A DNA stretch of 64,000 nucleotides, from assembly GCA_038046765.1 (NCBI GenBank), contig JBBSVN010000001.1, forward strand, positions 1-64,000, written 5' to 3'. Origin of the DNA: Candidatus Micrarchaeota archaeon (lineage in GTDB: Archaea > Micrarchaeota > Micrarchaeia > Anstonellales > Bilamarchaeaceae). Positions 1-9,945 of this stretch are shown here, in pieces. The translations under genes were made by a program, and so were the position numbers. Positions within the stretch are counted from its first letter, which is position 1, and every line of letters starts with the position of its first letter. The notes under the pieces were generated by a model. That model saw nothing but the letters and a program-made list of their open reading frames with translations. It had not been told where the DNA came from and ran no database searches.

Positions 1-58
1 GGCTCATAGCCAGCCTAAGAAAAGCATTAGGATTTAAGTACTTTCGGAAGTACTGTTT

Positions 59-391
59 TTGACACTAATCACAACCTTTAAAAAGACGCTCAGACATAAA
101 TATGTTATGTCAAGTTTACGATTCTTCAAAGAAAGAAAACCAACAGAACAAAAACCAAAACCAGATTCAAAGAACAAATTTTCTAAATGGAAGGATTATT
201 CTCCAACTACTTTGCTTTGGAAAACTTACTTTTTGGCTGATGATTTAGTTGAAAAAGGAATTTCTAGGGTAGTTAAAAAAGTAGAACAAAAAACAGGTAA
301 AACAAAAAGAAAAATGGCCGTGGATCTAACAGCTTTTACTTTTGCATCTGTGACTGCTGTAGAAATGTTTGTTAGAATGCTTTACCTATGA
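59..391 (+). CDS. Hypothetical basic protein; may be the 5' part of a frameshifted membrane protein continuing in 388..891
   Basis: ORF track; Lys-rich N-terminus, hydrophobic C-terminal segment, ATGA overlap with the next ORF; true start probably a downstream ATG. Confidence 0.4.
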   Translation: MTLITTFKKTLRHKYVMSSLRFFKERKPTEQKPKPDSKNKFSKWKDYSPTTLLWKTYFLADDLVEKGISRVVKKVEQKTGKTKRKMAVDLTAFTFASVTAVEMFVRMLYL

Positions 392-891
392 TTAAAGATT
401 GTTTTGAGGACAATGTTGAAATTAAAGAAACCTTATTTAGTTTTCTAAGTGGTTACGGAAAAGCCATTGCTTTTTTCACTATAGATGTATTCGTAATGTT
501 AAATATGGCACTTATTACAATCTCCGAAAATAAATCTACTAAAAACAACAATGGTGCAATTTCAGAATCTAAATTATCAAAAATAATTAAGGTAACTAGA
601 TTGCCAAAATTATTCCTTGGCTTAGCTGGTGTTTATTATTCTTCTAAGTTGCTTTTGAACCAAAATAAAATTTACGACCAATTATCAAATTATGCACCAG
701 AATTTTTGTTCTTAAATATTTCTCTAATTTCTAGTGCAATTGTTGATTACATTTGTAGCGGAAGTAACGGCATGGTCGATCGTACCAAAGCCGGGATTAA
801 ATCAGTAATAGAAAAAACAATCGCTGCAATAAAACCAGTATCCGAACCTGCGTTCGTTCCAGTAAAGTTAAATCAAATTTCGCTCGATTAA
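388..891 (+). CDS. Hypothetical membrane protein
   Basis: About three hydrophobic segments; no recognisable motif. Confidence 0.5.
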   Translation: MIKDCFEDNVEIKETLFSFLSGYGKAIAFFTIDVFVMLNMALITISENKSTKNNNGAISESKLSKIIKVTRLPKLFLGLAGVYYSSKLLLNQNKIYDQLSNYAPEFLFLNISLISSAIVDYICSGSNGMVDRTKAGIKSVIEKTIAAIKPVSEPAFVPVKLNQISLD

Positions 892-944
892 TTCGCTTAC
901 GATAACAAACAAATAAAAATACTATTCGTGAATTATATATCTTA

Positions 945-1023
945 GCAATGGGCGATGAGCAATGAGCGTTGGGCCTCGTTTTAGTTTGCTCAATAGCGCA
1001 AGGCTCAAGGCACAAAGCTAATC
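945..1023. repeat. Degenerate 7-bp-period repeats in two opposed blocks
   Basis: gcaatgg/gcgatga/gcaatga/gcgttgg then gcgcaag/gctcaag/gcacaaa/gctaatc; tgagcaa (956-962) is complementary to ttgctca (986-992). Confidence 0.6.
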
Positions 1024-1038
1024 AATGGTGTTTATAAT

Positions 1039-1311
1039 ATGGCAAAAGTTGTTGTTAAAACAAGTTCAGAAGAAGTTGAAGTAGCAGATGGAACGATCCT
1101 GGCAGAATTAGATGGCAAATGCTCTGTCCTTTATGGATGCAAATCTGGAACATGCGGTTCGTGTATGGTCAAAGTTACAAAAGGAATGGAAAACTTAGAA
1201 GCACCAAACGAAATCGAAAAATCTGGTTTAGAAGTTTTTGCAAATTCTCCTAATCAAAGATTAATGTGCCAGTGTAAAATTAAAAAAGGAGAAATTGAAA
1301 TTGAATTCTAA
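1039..1311 (+). CDS. 2Fe-2S ferredoxin
   Basis: C-x4-C-x2-C (GCKSGTCGSC) plus distal RLMCQC. Confidence 0.92.
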   Translation: MAKVVVKTSSEEVEVADGTILAELDGKCSVLYGCKSGTCGSCMVKVTKGMENLEAPNEIEKSGLEVFANSPNQRLMCQCKIKKGEIEIEF

Positions 1312-1448
1312 ATTCGCTGATATACTACTTCAATTAACTCCCGCAAATTAATTCGTTAGGTGCTTTCGTTCGCCATCAAATTCGTTAGCGCAAGTTTGTT
1401 ATTGTTTTGGTAATCGTTTTTTATATTTTTTCTATTAATAACTAAATA

Positions 1449-2108
1449 GTGCGAATTTACGCAATACTTATTCTGTTTTTGTTAATTTTCGGATGTACTA
1501 CAAATTCTACTGTCCAAAAAGAAAATCAAACTAACGATTCTCTAAGCGATATTCGGGATAGTATAAAACAAGGTATAAAGGAAGGTATCATCGAAGGAGT
1601 TAAAACAAGTACGGCTGCGCTAAACGCATCAGCAAATAATTCTACTCAAATTAAAATCGAAGTCTCGATAATCGCGCCAACGCAGGCTTGTGTTGACTTT
1701 GATGGCGATGACATCTTTAATTCAAGCAACGTTACAACCTACGGTCAGGTTTATGAAGATGTTTGCACTGGTCCTAGAAATGTTCGCGAATACACGTGCA
1801 GTAAGAAAGGAGACGTTTCTTACTACGTTACCGAGTGTCCAAGACAATACACCTGTATCGAAGGCGGATGCGTAAAAATCGCTCAAACATGCAAAGATAG
1901 CGATGATGGGATAAACGAAAATGTTTCCGCAAGCGTCTGGATTAATGATGCGAATGGTTTTCTAAAAGAGTATAAAGACACTTGCCTAAGCTCGAATCAG
2001 CTTCTTGAATACTATTGCAATGGTAGCGAACAGGCAACAAGAATTATCGATTGCAATAGTCAATTCAGCTGCGATAAGAATTCGCCAAGCTGTACTTTTC
2101 CTAGATAA
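1449..2108 (+). CDS. Lipoprotein with Cys-rich CxDxDG repeats
   Basis: Lipobox-like IFGC; two repeats CVDFDG..DVC..REYTC and CKDSDDG..DTC..LEYYC; paralog of 43307..44308. Confidence 0.75.
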   Translation: MRIYAILILFLLIFGCTTNSTVQKENQTNDSLSDIRDSIKQGIKEGIIEGVKTSTAALNASANNSTQIKIEVSIIAPTQACVDFDGDDIFNSSNVTTYGQVYEDVCTGPRNVREYTCSKKGDVSYYVTECPRQYTCIEGGCVKIAQTCKDSDDGINENVSASVWINDANGFLKEYKDTCLSSNQLLEYYCNGSEQATRIIDCNSQFSCDKNSPSCTFPR

Positions 2109-2146
2109 TCGAAACGTTTTTAAATACTTTTTAACACATATTAATT

Positions 2147-2791
2147 ATGATTAAGTACAAAGATCTTGCCCAAGGTGCAAAAGTTATTCCAATTTCTAGA
2201 GCAGCACCTCATTTTATTGATGAATCAGTCGCAAGAAAACCTATTCCGCCAGAACAAATGGGTCAAATGCACGTTTTAACTCCAAGACCTAACTGGTCAA
2301 AACTAGACCTTGAAAATGATCGAATAGAAATATTCCACAACTTAAATTTAGAACAAACCTTGGAGTTAGAAAGACTAGATTTTGTAATTTTACCAAACAG
2401 TGTTATTGATCATATTTTACAAAATCCAAAATTAAGGGAGAAATACGCGAAGTTAGGTTTATTTCCCTGCAGAACTGGAACCTGGGTAGACCTTGATGAA
2501 GAAAATTGCATTATAAAACAGGATGGAAAAACAAAAGAAATCAGACTTCATACAAAAAATGGTTGGTATAAAAAAGACGAGTTCGGAATTCCTTCTGGCG
2601 CACCATCTAATGAATTTGATCCTGATGCGAGATACTTATATAGAGCAGGTAACTGTTCTGAGTTTCTGGTTCGCGTCGCCGGCTACATAGGCTGGCCTAA
2701 CATCTATGCGGGCACTGGTTGGTCCAATGGTCTTGGGGTGGCGTGCATTACCCGCGAAACGTATGAGAAATTATTCGTAGATAAAATCTGA
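2147..2791 (+). CDS. Putative DGR target protein, C-type-lectin-like fold
   Basis: FPCRTGT..GWY..GIP..ARYL..LVR[variable]GVAC; closely similar to the C-terminus of 23010..24938; GC-rich 3' segment. Confidence 0.7.
   Translation: MIKYKDLAQGAKVIPISRAAPHFIDESVARKPIPPEQMGQMHVLTPRPNWSKLDLENDRIEIFHNLNLEQTLELERLDFVILPNSVIDHILQNPKLREKYAKLGLFPCRTGTWVDLDEENCIIKQDGKTKEIRLHTKNGWYKKDEFGIPSGAPSNEFDPDARYLYRAGNCSEFLVRVAGYIGWPNIYAGTGWSNGLGVACITRETYEKLFVDKI
2666..2749 (+). repeat. Putative DGR variable region VR1
   Basis: 47/80 GC over 2671-2750; ends in ggggtggcgtgcatt, identical to 24873-24887. Confidence 0.6.
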
Positions 2792-2823
2792 AGTCTTAAC
2801 AAAGTCTCTAGTTATTTTTATTT

Positions 2824-3672
2824 CTACTTGCTGAGCTCTTTTCGTGTGTGGGTTTCTTTCCAAGCCCCAGCTTTATTTGTTCTTTCAATTACGTATCTTT
2901 CTAATAATTCGTCCTTGTTACGGTCATCTAAGTTTCTCTTAAAAATTTCTGCCCGTGTTTTAACTGTTGTTAAAGTTTCTCTTATCTCTTCTATAAATGC
3001 TGCTGCGTATGCTCTTTCTTTTAAGTGTATTTCCTTTGACGCAGGGTCATTTAATAAAAAACTCCAACCAGCATGGTAAGGGAATTGTCTAATTGGGAAA
3101 GGTCCCTCGCATAATCCGCTGTTGTCTACGCCTAATCCATACTTCGCTTGTTCGTCATTAATTGTTCTTGCGGTTGGATACCAAAGTAATTCGTGCGAAA
3201 ATGGGTTTTCATAATCGTACTTTCGGTAGTGTTTTTTTAGCGCACCATTTACATCGTTAATCGGGCCTAGAATTTTTTCTAATATCGGCTGTACTAATTC
3301 TGGATCGTAAACTTCGACGACGTGCATAAGATATCTTAGATTTAAACTCCTTCTAATTTCTAGTCCTGCCTCAGTTAACATATGCGTTAATTCTACAGGT
3401 TCACTTATTAGTTTTCGTTCCCAACCAAAAAATAATGTGAGCGGTTTAAGTCCTAAAATTGTAAATGAAAGTTCAAGCGAAATCGTGCGTTGCACTATCC
3501 ACGTTGTTGGATCGCTTATGATATAATGCGGTCTAATTTCTCGTAAAATGTGGTATGCATCATCAAAATGTTTTTCGAATCTGTCTTTAGCATGTGGAAA
3601 TGCAGGAAGTATCCTTTCCTTGAATATGCCTCTACATAATTCCTTATGGCTAACCATAATTACTTTATGCAA
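2824..3672 (-). CDS. Hypothetical protein
   Basis: 282-aa ORF; TATA-like tttataaa near 3680-3687 suggests a start at the MVSHK ATG. Confidence 0.6.
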   Translation of the reverse strand: MHKVIMVSHKELCRGIFKERILPAFPHAKDRFEKHFDDAYHILREIRPHYIISDPTTWIVQRTISLELSFTILGLKPLTLFFGWERKLISEPVELTHMLTEAGLEIRRSLNLRYLMHVVEVYDPELVQPILEKILGPINDVNGALKKHYRKYDYENPFSHELLWYPTARTINDEQAKYGLGVDNSGLCEGPFPIRQFPYHAGWSFLLNDPASKEIHLKERAYAAAFIEEIRETLTTVKTRAEIFKRNLDDRNKDELLERYVIERTNKAGAWKETHTRKELSK

Positions 3673-3714
3673 AAAACAGTTTATAAATGTGTGGTTTTTG
3701 ATGATTGAAGCTGT

Positions 3715-4905
3715 TTAAAGTATAATGTCAATATTCCCCTTAGAACTAACGGTTATCGCAGTCTCTTTAGAAAAGTCAAATGTTTTAGCAAAGCCTCGAG
3801 TTATCTTTATGTTCATTCCCTTTTGTATCCATTTACCCCGATCATCGAACATGAATACGATTGCCTCATTTTCATCTTCATCAACAACTTTTAGTCTTAC
3901 TGCTTCTTTCTTTTCTTTGCCTTTGGGGTAAGTAATATTTTGCACTTCTAAGACATTTAGAAGTTCAGTATTTATGTTTCGCATTCCATTCTTGATTTTT
4001 GTTAAGTTTGTTATTTTTATTTCTTTGAATTTATCTCTTGCTAAGTTGTAAGCTAATTTGACATCCTGTTCTGATTCTTTAGTAAGCCGCTTCATTTCCC
4101 TTTGCATTAATTTATCGTCTCCCCCTGATGCGAGCATTGTCTCGTACGCGCGTTGAAACACGCTTTGCGGTGCTGACGCATACATTTGTTTTGCCTGTAA
4201 TTCTTCACTGTCCTTTTTCTCAATGTTTTCAATTTCATTCGCTACAAGCGAGACGTTTTTTTGTTCAGTTGTAAGAGAGCCTATTTCCTCTTCAAGTCTT
4301 AGCTGCTTTGGTTGGCCTAAGTGCTGTTCAATTTGCTCTTGTAAATCTTTATCTGTTTGATAGCCAGTTTCTGCTGGAGTTGTCGTATCTGTGGCAGTAA
4401 ATGAATCTAAATCCGAAATAGCTTCCATGTACCCCGTTAAAAATTCTTGTATTGCTTTTCTTCCATTCTCGCTGTCTTGGTGCATATTTGCTGTTGTTTT
4501 CATGTATACCTTTTCAATTGTTGGCATCATTTTGTTTTTTACTGCATCTGCACGTAATTTTCCTAATTTTTTTTCAAATAGTTTTGTAATTGGTGCAAGT
4601 ACTCTGTTTCTTTTATTCTCCTGATCAAGTGTCGTTGGTGTTGATATATCTTGCTCGTGATTTTCAGAAGAAAATATTTCCGCAAAGCTCATTACTTCCT
4701 GCTCGTTCGATTTTCTTTTATCTAGTAATGTCTGTGCGACTTGTTTTACGGATATATCTTTATCATAACTTAATTCCATTAAAGCAAAAAGTGCAGCAGG
4801 ATCATCCATTTCCCCTAATTTTCTCGCCGCATTCTTGCGTACATCGGGGCTTTCATCAAAAGTAAGTGAGACTAATTTATTTATATTCGTTTGAGTAGTT
4901 TGCAT
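3715..4905 (-). CDS. HEAT-repeat plus C-terminal OB-fold protein
   Basis: N-terminal DESPDVRKNAARKLGE..ALFALMELSYD..VKQVA (HEAT); the C-terminal ~95 aa resemble an RPA/SSB OB fold. Confidence 0.65.
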   Translation of the reverse strand: MQTTQTNINKLVSLTFDESPDVRKNAARKLGEMDDPAALFALMELSYDKDISVKQVAQTLLDKRKSNEQEVMSFAEIFSSENHEQDISTPTTLDQENKRNRVLAPITKLFEKKLGKLRADAVKNKMMPTIEKVYMKTTANMHQDSENGRKAIQEFLTGYMEAISDLDSFTATDTTTPAETGYQTDKDLQEQIEQHLGQPKQLRLEEEIGSLTTEQKNVSLVANEIENIEKKDSEELQAKQMYASAPQSVFQRAYETMLASGGDDKLMQREMKRLTKESEQDVKLAYNLARDKFKEIKITNLTKIKNGMRNINTELLNVLEVQNITYPKGKEKKEAVRLKVVDEDENEAIVFMFDDRGKWIQKGMNIKITRGFAKTFDFSKETAITVSSKGNIDIIL

Positions 4906-4974
4906 ATTTATCCAACTATATACTAATAGTATAGCTTAAAAAACATTTTTCTTTAATATTAGATTCTTAATATC

Positions 4975-5064
4975 CCGAGGCCAGAAAATTTATCGCCTCG
5001 GTCTATCCTGAACCAATGAGATAAAACCTAAGATTTCCTAATCGGTATTACTTATTTGGTTCAG
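4975..5064. ncRNA. Candidate two-hairpin structured RNA or leader
   Basis: ccgaggc (4975-4981)/gcctcgg (4995-5001) and ctgaaccaa (5008-5016)/ttggttcag (5056-5064) in an intergenic gap. Confidence 0.35.
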
Positions 5065-5140
5065 TATATCCCCTGCTAATACTTAAAATATGTATATATA
5101 AATTGACTTAGAGAACTCATGATATACGATTTCTCTAGAA

Positions 5141-5680
5141 GTGATTTTGATGAATGATGAAGAAATGAAATCCCAAATAACTCCACTTGAAACAGAAAAA
5201 AATTCTCTTATTGAAAGAATTAAAGAACTTAATAAAAGACTAAGGTATAAAAGCTACGAGCTTAAGGCACTAGAGCCGTTCTTAAAACAACACGAAGGCG
5301 TAAATATAGGTCCTTTAAGAGAAAGAAAAAGAAAACTGGATTTTAGAATAACTACTGCAGCATATACTCCTAAAATTGAAAGGGATCTTTTAAAAGAATT
5401 AAAAAAGATTGATGATGAACTGGCAAAATACAAAGATGTTGAAAAAGGCCGAAGAAAAGAACGGTTTGTAAGACAGGATATAATTGATATAACTGCTGAA
5501 ACATCTAAAATCGAAGAACGCTTAAAAGTCATTCGAGAAGAATTAAAAGTTCTTTATGTTGATTCGCAACAAATCCGTGCCACAGCAAGAAAAGAAGCTG
5601 CTATAAAGGCGTTTAAGGACGATATGGCGACTCTTGAAGACATGGGAATAATTGTTGAACATAAGGGAAAGAAGAAATAG
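5141..5680 (+). CDS. Archaeal coiled-coil protein (COG1340-like)
   Basis: Heptad-rich; LDFRITTAAYTPKIERDLLKELKKI resembles the conserved block of this family. Confidence 0.6.
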   Translation: MILMNDEEMKSQITPLETEKNSLIERIKELNKRLRYKSYELKALEPFLKQHEGVNIGPLRERKRKLDFRITTAAYTPKIERDLLKELKKIDDELAKYKDVEKGRRKERFVRQDIIDITAETSKIEERLKVIREELKVLYVDSQQIRATARKEAAIKAFKDDMATLEDMGIIVEHKGKKK

Positions 5681-5862
5681 TTTATTCTATTTTTTATCTT
5701 TTTTATCGTAATCATCTAAAATAATTAAATTTTTATCTAAAATATTTGAATATTTATCTGGTTTTAAAAGCGTTTTCTCTCTCACATTTATTAAATCAAT
5801 TTTCCAGAAACTGGCCTGATCCCACTAAAAAATTCCTTCGGAATATCTGCTGCTAATTGAAG

Positions 5863-7590
5863 TTATTGTTCGGGTTTTTGTTCTACTGTAACTGAAACCG
5901 AGCAATCTTTTGTATAAATTTCTAATTGATATTTTCCGGCTTTGTCAATTTCAAATGTCAAAGTATTCGTGATTTTGTTTCCCCCTTGCGGCACTACCTC
6001 ATCCAATATTGGCCGTTCAAAAATAGCATCATGTCTAACAAGCTTAATCCTTGTGTATCCTCCTACGCCTTCTAGGTTAATTACAAAACCAACCTTTCCA
6101 GCATCTAAATCAAATGCCTCTGTTCGTGAGATATCTTGTCCCGATTCACTAGATTGTCTAAATGTTTTTGAAAAACCCTCGGAAACCTTTGCAGGTTCTA
6201 ACTGCATTTGTTTTTCTTTTTCTTCAAGAAATCTTAAACGAGCTTGAAGGGTTGCGAGGTGTTTTTGGTTTACGGAAAGACGCCATTTTGAGAACTTGTA
6301 TTTAGGATACAAACATATCTCTAATAAACCTATCAATGCTATTTCAAAATTATCCTTACTTATATACTTAGCGGATGAATATTCTCCATAATCATCTATT
6401 TCAAATTCCCCGTGTTCAATCTTCTTTTCTGTTTCCTCAATCTCTTTTCTAACTTCTTCAATTGATTTACGTTTTAATCTCCAAGTTTTGAAAGCTGAAA
6501 CATAACCTCCTAGTGATCCTACAAAACCCAGCGTAGCTATACTTGCAACTAATAAATCGACCTTTTCTGCACCATCTAAAATAATCCAAGATGCTAATGT
6601 TGAAATTGTTGCTCCGAAGATCTTCATTGACACTCTTCTTCGCATTTCGCTACCCGTCAACCTTTCCTTGCCAACATCAACAGTCGCAACAGTCTGCGCT
6701 TGCCTAGTTGTCATCGCTTGCGTAGTTTCCTTTTTAGTTACCCTTAGCAAAGCCTCCTTCATTTCTGTTGCAGTTGCAAATCTTTTATCCGGGTCAATTT
6801 GCATTGTTCGTTCTACGATCGATCTATGCAAAGAATCAAAAATTCCAGAATAGTCAAAAATAAATGTATTTTTACAATGAGGTTCAATGTCGCCCACAGA
6901 TAAACTAAATAACATTGAACCTAAGGAATACACATCTGTTTGGAAAACTGGTTTAATACCCGCTTCAGGTGCAGTTGTGTGGGGTGTCTCAAATAAATAT
7001 ACTGAAGATAAGTTGCGATCAATTCTCGTTCCAATTTTTGCTGTACCGCCTACTTCAAGAACACGAATTGTGCCATCTTCTGTTAAAAGTGCATTGCTTA
7101 ATTTAAAATCCCTTAAAATTAGACCCTTGGAATGCGCAGAAGAAATAATGTCACAACATTCGCTAAGCATCTGGGTACTTAGTTCTGATTCTAAAATCCC
7201 TAGTTCATCAAGTCTAATTCCAGGTATATATTCTTTAACAAGATAAATTCTTTTTGTTATTTGATCATTTATGAATTCAAAATATTTACAATATCTAGGG
7301 TCTTCTTGTAAAATTAGTCCTTTTTTATATTCTTCTTCAAGTGATTCTGCTCTCGCATAATTCTTATTTGCAGTTGTTTTGATAACTACGTTTCGGTTTT
7401 CTTTTATGTCGTGAACTAAATATACTTCATACTCTTCTTTAGCTGATTTTCTTAGTGTTTGTATAATTCTAAATCTTCCAGTGAGCATTTGTCCTTCTTC
7501 TGGTGGCATTAATTTTAGCGCAATTTTTTCAGTTGCAGTCTTCACTTTATCCGTTCGTTCGTGTAGTCCTGCTAAAGCTAAATTTGTCAT
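5863..7590 (-). CDS. Ser/Thr kinase-like protein (degenerate), two TM helices, C-terminal beta domain
   Basis: VVIK, LRDFKLSN, APE, TDVYSLG, DPDKRF present; DFG position reads EVG; two hydrophobic helices around aa 322-367. Confidence 0.85.
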   Translation of the reverse strand: MTNLALAGLHERTDKVKTATEKIALKLMPPEEGQMLTGRFRIIQTLRKSAKEEYEVYLVHDIKENRNVVIKTTANKNYARAESLEEEYKKGLILQEDPRYCKYFEFINDQITKRIYLVKEYIPGIRLDELGILESELSTQMLSECCDIISSAHSKGLILRDFKLSNALLTEDGTIRVLEVGGTAKIGTRIDRNLSSVYLFETPHTTAPEAGIKPVFQTDVYSLGSMLFSLSVGDIEPHCKNTFIFDYSGIFDSLHRSIVERTMQIDPDKRFATATEMKEALLRVTKKETTQAMTTRQAQTVATVDVGKERLTGSEMRRRVSMKIFGATISTLASWIILDGAEKVDLLVASIATLGFVGSLGGYVSAFKTWRLKRKSIEEVRKEIEETEKKIEHGEFEIDDYGEYSSAKYISKDNFEIALIGLLEICLYPKYKFSKWRLSVNQKHLATLQARLRFLEEKEKQMQLEPAKVSEGFSKTFRQSSESGQDISRTEAFDLDAGKVGFVINLEGVGGYTRIKLVRHDAIFERPILDEVVPQGGNKITNTLTFEIDKAGKYQLEIYTKDCSVSVTVEQKPEQ

Positions 7591-7697
7591 ACCTTACTTA
7601 TCCGTAAAACCTTTTATAAAGTTATGTTTTATGGGGAAAGACGTAATAATAGAAAGCTTTATATATGTATATATACTATATATACATAGGTGTTAAT

Positions 7698-7937
7698 ATG
7701 GCAAGAGCAATTATGATTTCAGATCACGTTTATGAAGAATTAACTGAACTAAAAAAACCAGGAGAAAGCTATAGTAAAGTAATAGACAAGTTTCTTCATG
7801 AAAATAAAAAGGAGGAAAAAAAAGATATCATGAAGTTTGCTGGTGCCTGGAGTTTTCTTAGTGATGAAAGTGTTGATGAGATAGAAAAAACAGCAAAAAA
7901 AATAAGAAAAGGCTGGAGAAAAGTGGAAAAATGGTAG
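7698..7937 (+). CDS. vapB: VapB-type antitoxin
   Basis: MARAIMISDHVYEELTELKKPGESYSKVI..FAGAWS; overlaps PIN gene; ATG at 7698. Confidence 0.88.
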   Translation: MARAIMISDHVYEELTELKKPGESYSKVIDKFLHENKKEEKKDIMKFAGAWSFLSDESVDEIEKTAKKIRKGWRKVEKW

Positions 7938-8326
7938 TACTAGATACAACATTCATAATTCATTTTCTCAAAAATAAGGAAAATGCATTGCAGAAAGCTC
8001 AAGAAATAAACGAACCAGTTTATACAACGAGATTAAATATTTTCGAAATTTTAGCAGGGATTAATCTGAAAAAAGAGGAAGAAAAACAACCTGCCTTTAG
8101 CATCTTTAATGATTTTTTGTATTCAGTTAAAATTTTAGAACTTGATGAAAAAAGTACAAAAAAAGCTGCAGAAATTTATGCATATTTACATAAAAAAGGA
8201 GAGACCGTAGATAAAATTGATGTTTTAATCGCATCTATGGGAATCACGAATAATCAGGAAAAAATAATAACCGATAATGTAAAAGATTTCTCTAAAATTC
8301 CTGGAATAATTGTTGAAAAATACTAA
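7931..8326 (+). CDS. vapC: VapC PIN-domain toxin
   Basis: VLDTT, E, DVLIAS, TDNVKDF acidic PIN motifs. Confidence 0.92.
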   Translation: MVVLDTTFIIHFLKNKENALQKAQEINEPVYTTRLNIFEILAGINLKKEEEKQPAFSIFNDFLYSVKILELDEKSTKKAAEIYAYLHKKGETVDKIDVLIASMGITNNQEKIITDNVKDFSKIPGIIVEKY

Positions 8327-8337
8327 TCTTAGCTAAA

Positions 8338-8733
8338 TCATTTTTGTTGCGTGTTTAATCTCAAATAATCCTTCACCATCTTATCATGATCAAAAGCCAG
8401 CTTTGGTAATTTGTCAAGACTAAACCAAGCAATTTCTGCTGCATCATCTCCTGCTTTTATTTCGCCCGAAATTATTTTACATAAATAAGTCGCTACAATC
8501 GTTTTTCTTGGGTCTCTATTAGGTTCAGAATAAATTCCTAATAAAGAAATTGGTTCAACAACAAGATTTGTTTCCTCTTTCATTTCCCGTTTTAAACATT
8601 CGATCGCATCTTCGTTTTCTTCAATACGGCCGCCAGGAATCGCCCAAAATCCTAAAAATGGTGGTGCGCCTCGCTTAATTAAAAGTATTTTGTTATCATT
8701 AACAACTAGTCCATCGCATGCAAATTGTCTCAT
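8338..8733 (-). CDS. Nudix hydrolase (ADP-ribose pyrophosphatase-like)
   Basis: Nudix box GGRIEENEDAIECLKREMKEETNL; RDPR, AGDDA, LAFDH. Confidence 0.92.
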   Translation of the reverse strand: MRQFACDGLVVNDNKILLIKRGAPPFLGFWAIPGGRIEENEDAIECLKREMKEETNLVVEPISLLGIYSEPNRDPRKTIVATYLCKIISGEIKAGDDAAEIAWFSLDKLPKLAFDHDKMVKDYLRLNTQQK

Positions 8734-8779
8734 AAATAAAGAATAAAAAGATTATTTTATAACTCGATTCATAATTCCC

Positions 8780-9826
8780 TTAGTCTAATCTTAAAATTTC
8801 CACATTGGATATTACTCCGTTTGTTCTTCTTGTACTGTCGCTTGGATCAATCGCACCAATTCCAAATTGATTTAAATTTTTAGGATCAACTCCTTCAACT
8901 ACGACTAAATCTAGTGGTTTCTCTCTTTTAACTCGGTCTTCTTTAGTTGCATAAACTGCAAAAAGAATCTTGTCACCAACTTTAAGAAGTTGTGTGTAAT
9001 AAACCACGCTTTCCTGGAGGCTAAGACTCATCACTGGTATTACTGACATGCCCTTTTCATCGACATCTTTTCTCTCGCCATTTTCTTTAATCAACAGTCT
9101 ATATTGTTTTTTTATGCCTTCCTCTGTAGCGCAAGACCATCTGCTTACAACAACCCCATTATCACTCGAAAGAAGGTCGCCTGGTTTATAATCCCCTTTA
9201 TTTAACATGTGTGTTCCGTCAGTAACTCCAAATGCAAGGTATGGTCTGCATTCTTCATTGCGCATATCTGTATACTGTATATCTACATTCAATATAAAAT
9301 CAGAAAACTGTTCGTTGTTGCGAACCATAAAAAATACTTTGTTTGCAACTCCAAGGGGATAATTTACAAATTCAAATCCTTTTTCGCTAATTTTAAAAGA
9401 GGATACATCGGTATTAAACATTTGAAAGGCTTCCCAGTTTTGTCCGCCCGCATTTACAAGCGGAACTTCCACCCGTCCTTTCGCAGCTGTGGTTATTTCT
9501 TCAAATAAATTTTTAGTTGGTTTTACGAATGTTTTTGTTACTCGTACTTCTTTCTGTTCTTTTTCTTCTGTTTTTTCCTTAACCTCTGTAACATCATTTA
9601 ATTGTCTAAGTTTTTGTATTACCTCTACCCTACTTTTGTGCGATATCTCTTCTTTCTCTACTGCGACAGTCTTTGGTTTACTACTTCGTTTGTAAGCACT
9701 AATTCCGCCCGCAACTGCCGTCAATAATAATGCTCCCGCAAGAAACCTTTTTAATCGAGAATTTGTTGATTGCGCTATTTTTGCCTTTCCGTTTTCCTTT
9801 GGTCCATTCTTATTGTAAGTAGTCAT
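8780..9826 (-). CDS. Membrane-anchored protein with a beta-sandwich (possibly ConA-like) domain
   Basis: One N-terminal TM, charged linker, beta-rich C-terminus (FSDFILNVDIQY, FGIGA, ISNVEILRL). Confidence 0.5.
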   Translation of the reverse strand: MTTYNKNGPKENGKAKIAQSTNSRLKRFLAGALLLTAVAGGISAYKRSSKPKTVAVEKEEISHKSRVEVIQKLRQLNDVTEVKEKTEEKEQKEVRVTKTFVKPTKNLFEEITTAAKGRVEVPLVNAGGQNWEAFQMFNTDVSSFKISEKGFEFVNYPLGVANKVFFMVRNNEQFSDFILNVDIQYTDMRNEECRPYLAFGVTDGTHMLNKGDYKPGDLLSSDNGVVVSRWSCATEEGIKKQYRLLIKENGERKDVDEKGMSVIPVMSLSLQESVVYYTQLLKVGDKILFAVYATKEDRVKREKPLDLVVVEGVDPKNLNQFGIGAIDPSDSTRRTNGVISNVEILRLD

Positions 9827-9945
9827 AATTCTATTGCCACATAAGTCCTTTTAATACTATCTTTTATAACTATATCTGTTATCCATAACTCGGTTCTTTG
9901 TAAAACTCTTTTTTATAATTATTTGTACATAATAGTTCATACAAC

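Noticed and set aside
797..1015. Minus-strand 72-aa ORF
   Set aside because: Runs through the heptamer array and antisense to another ORF; likely spurious
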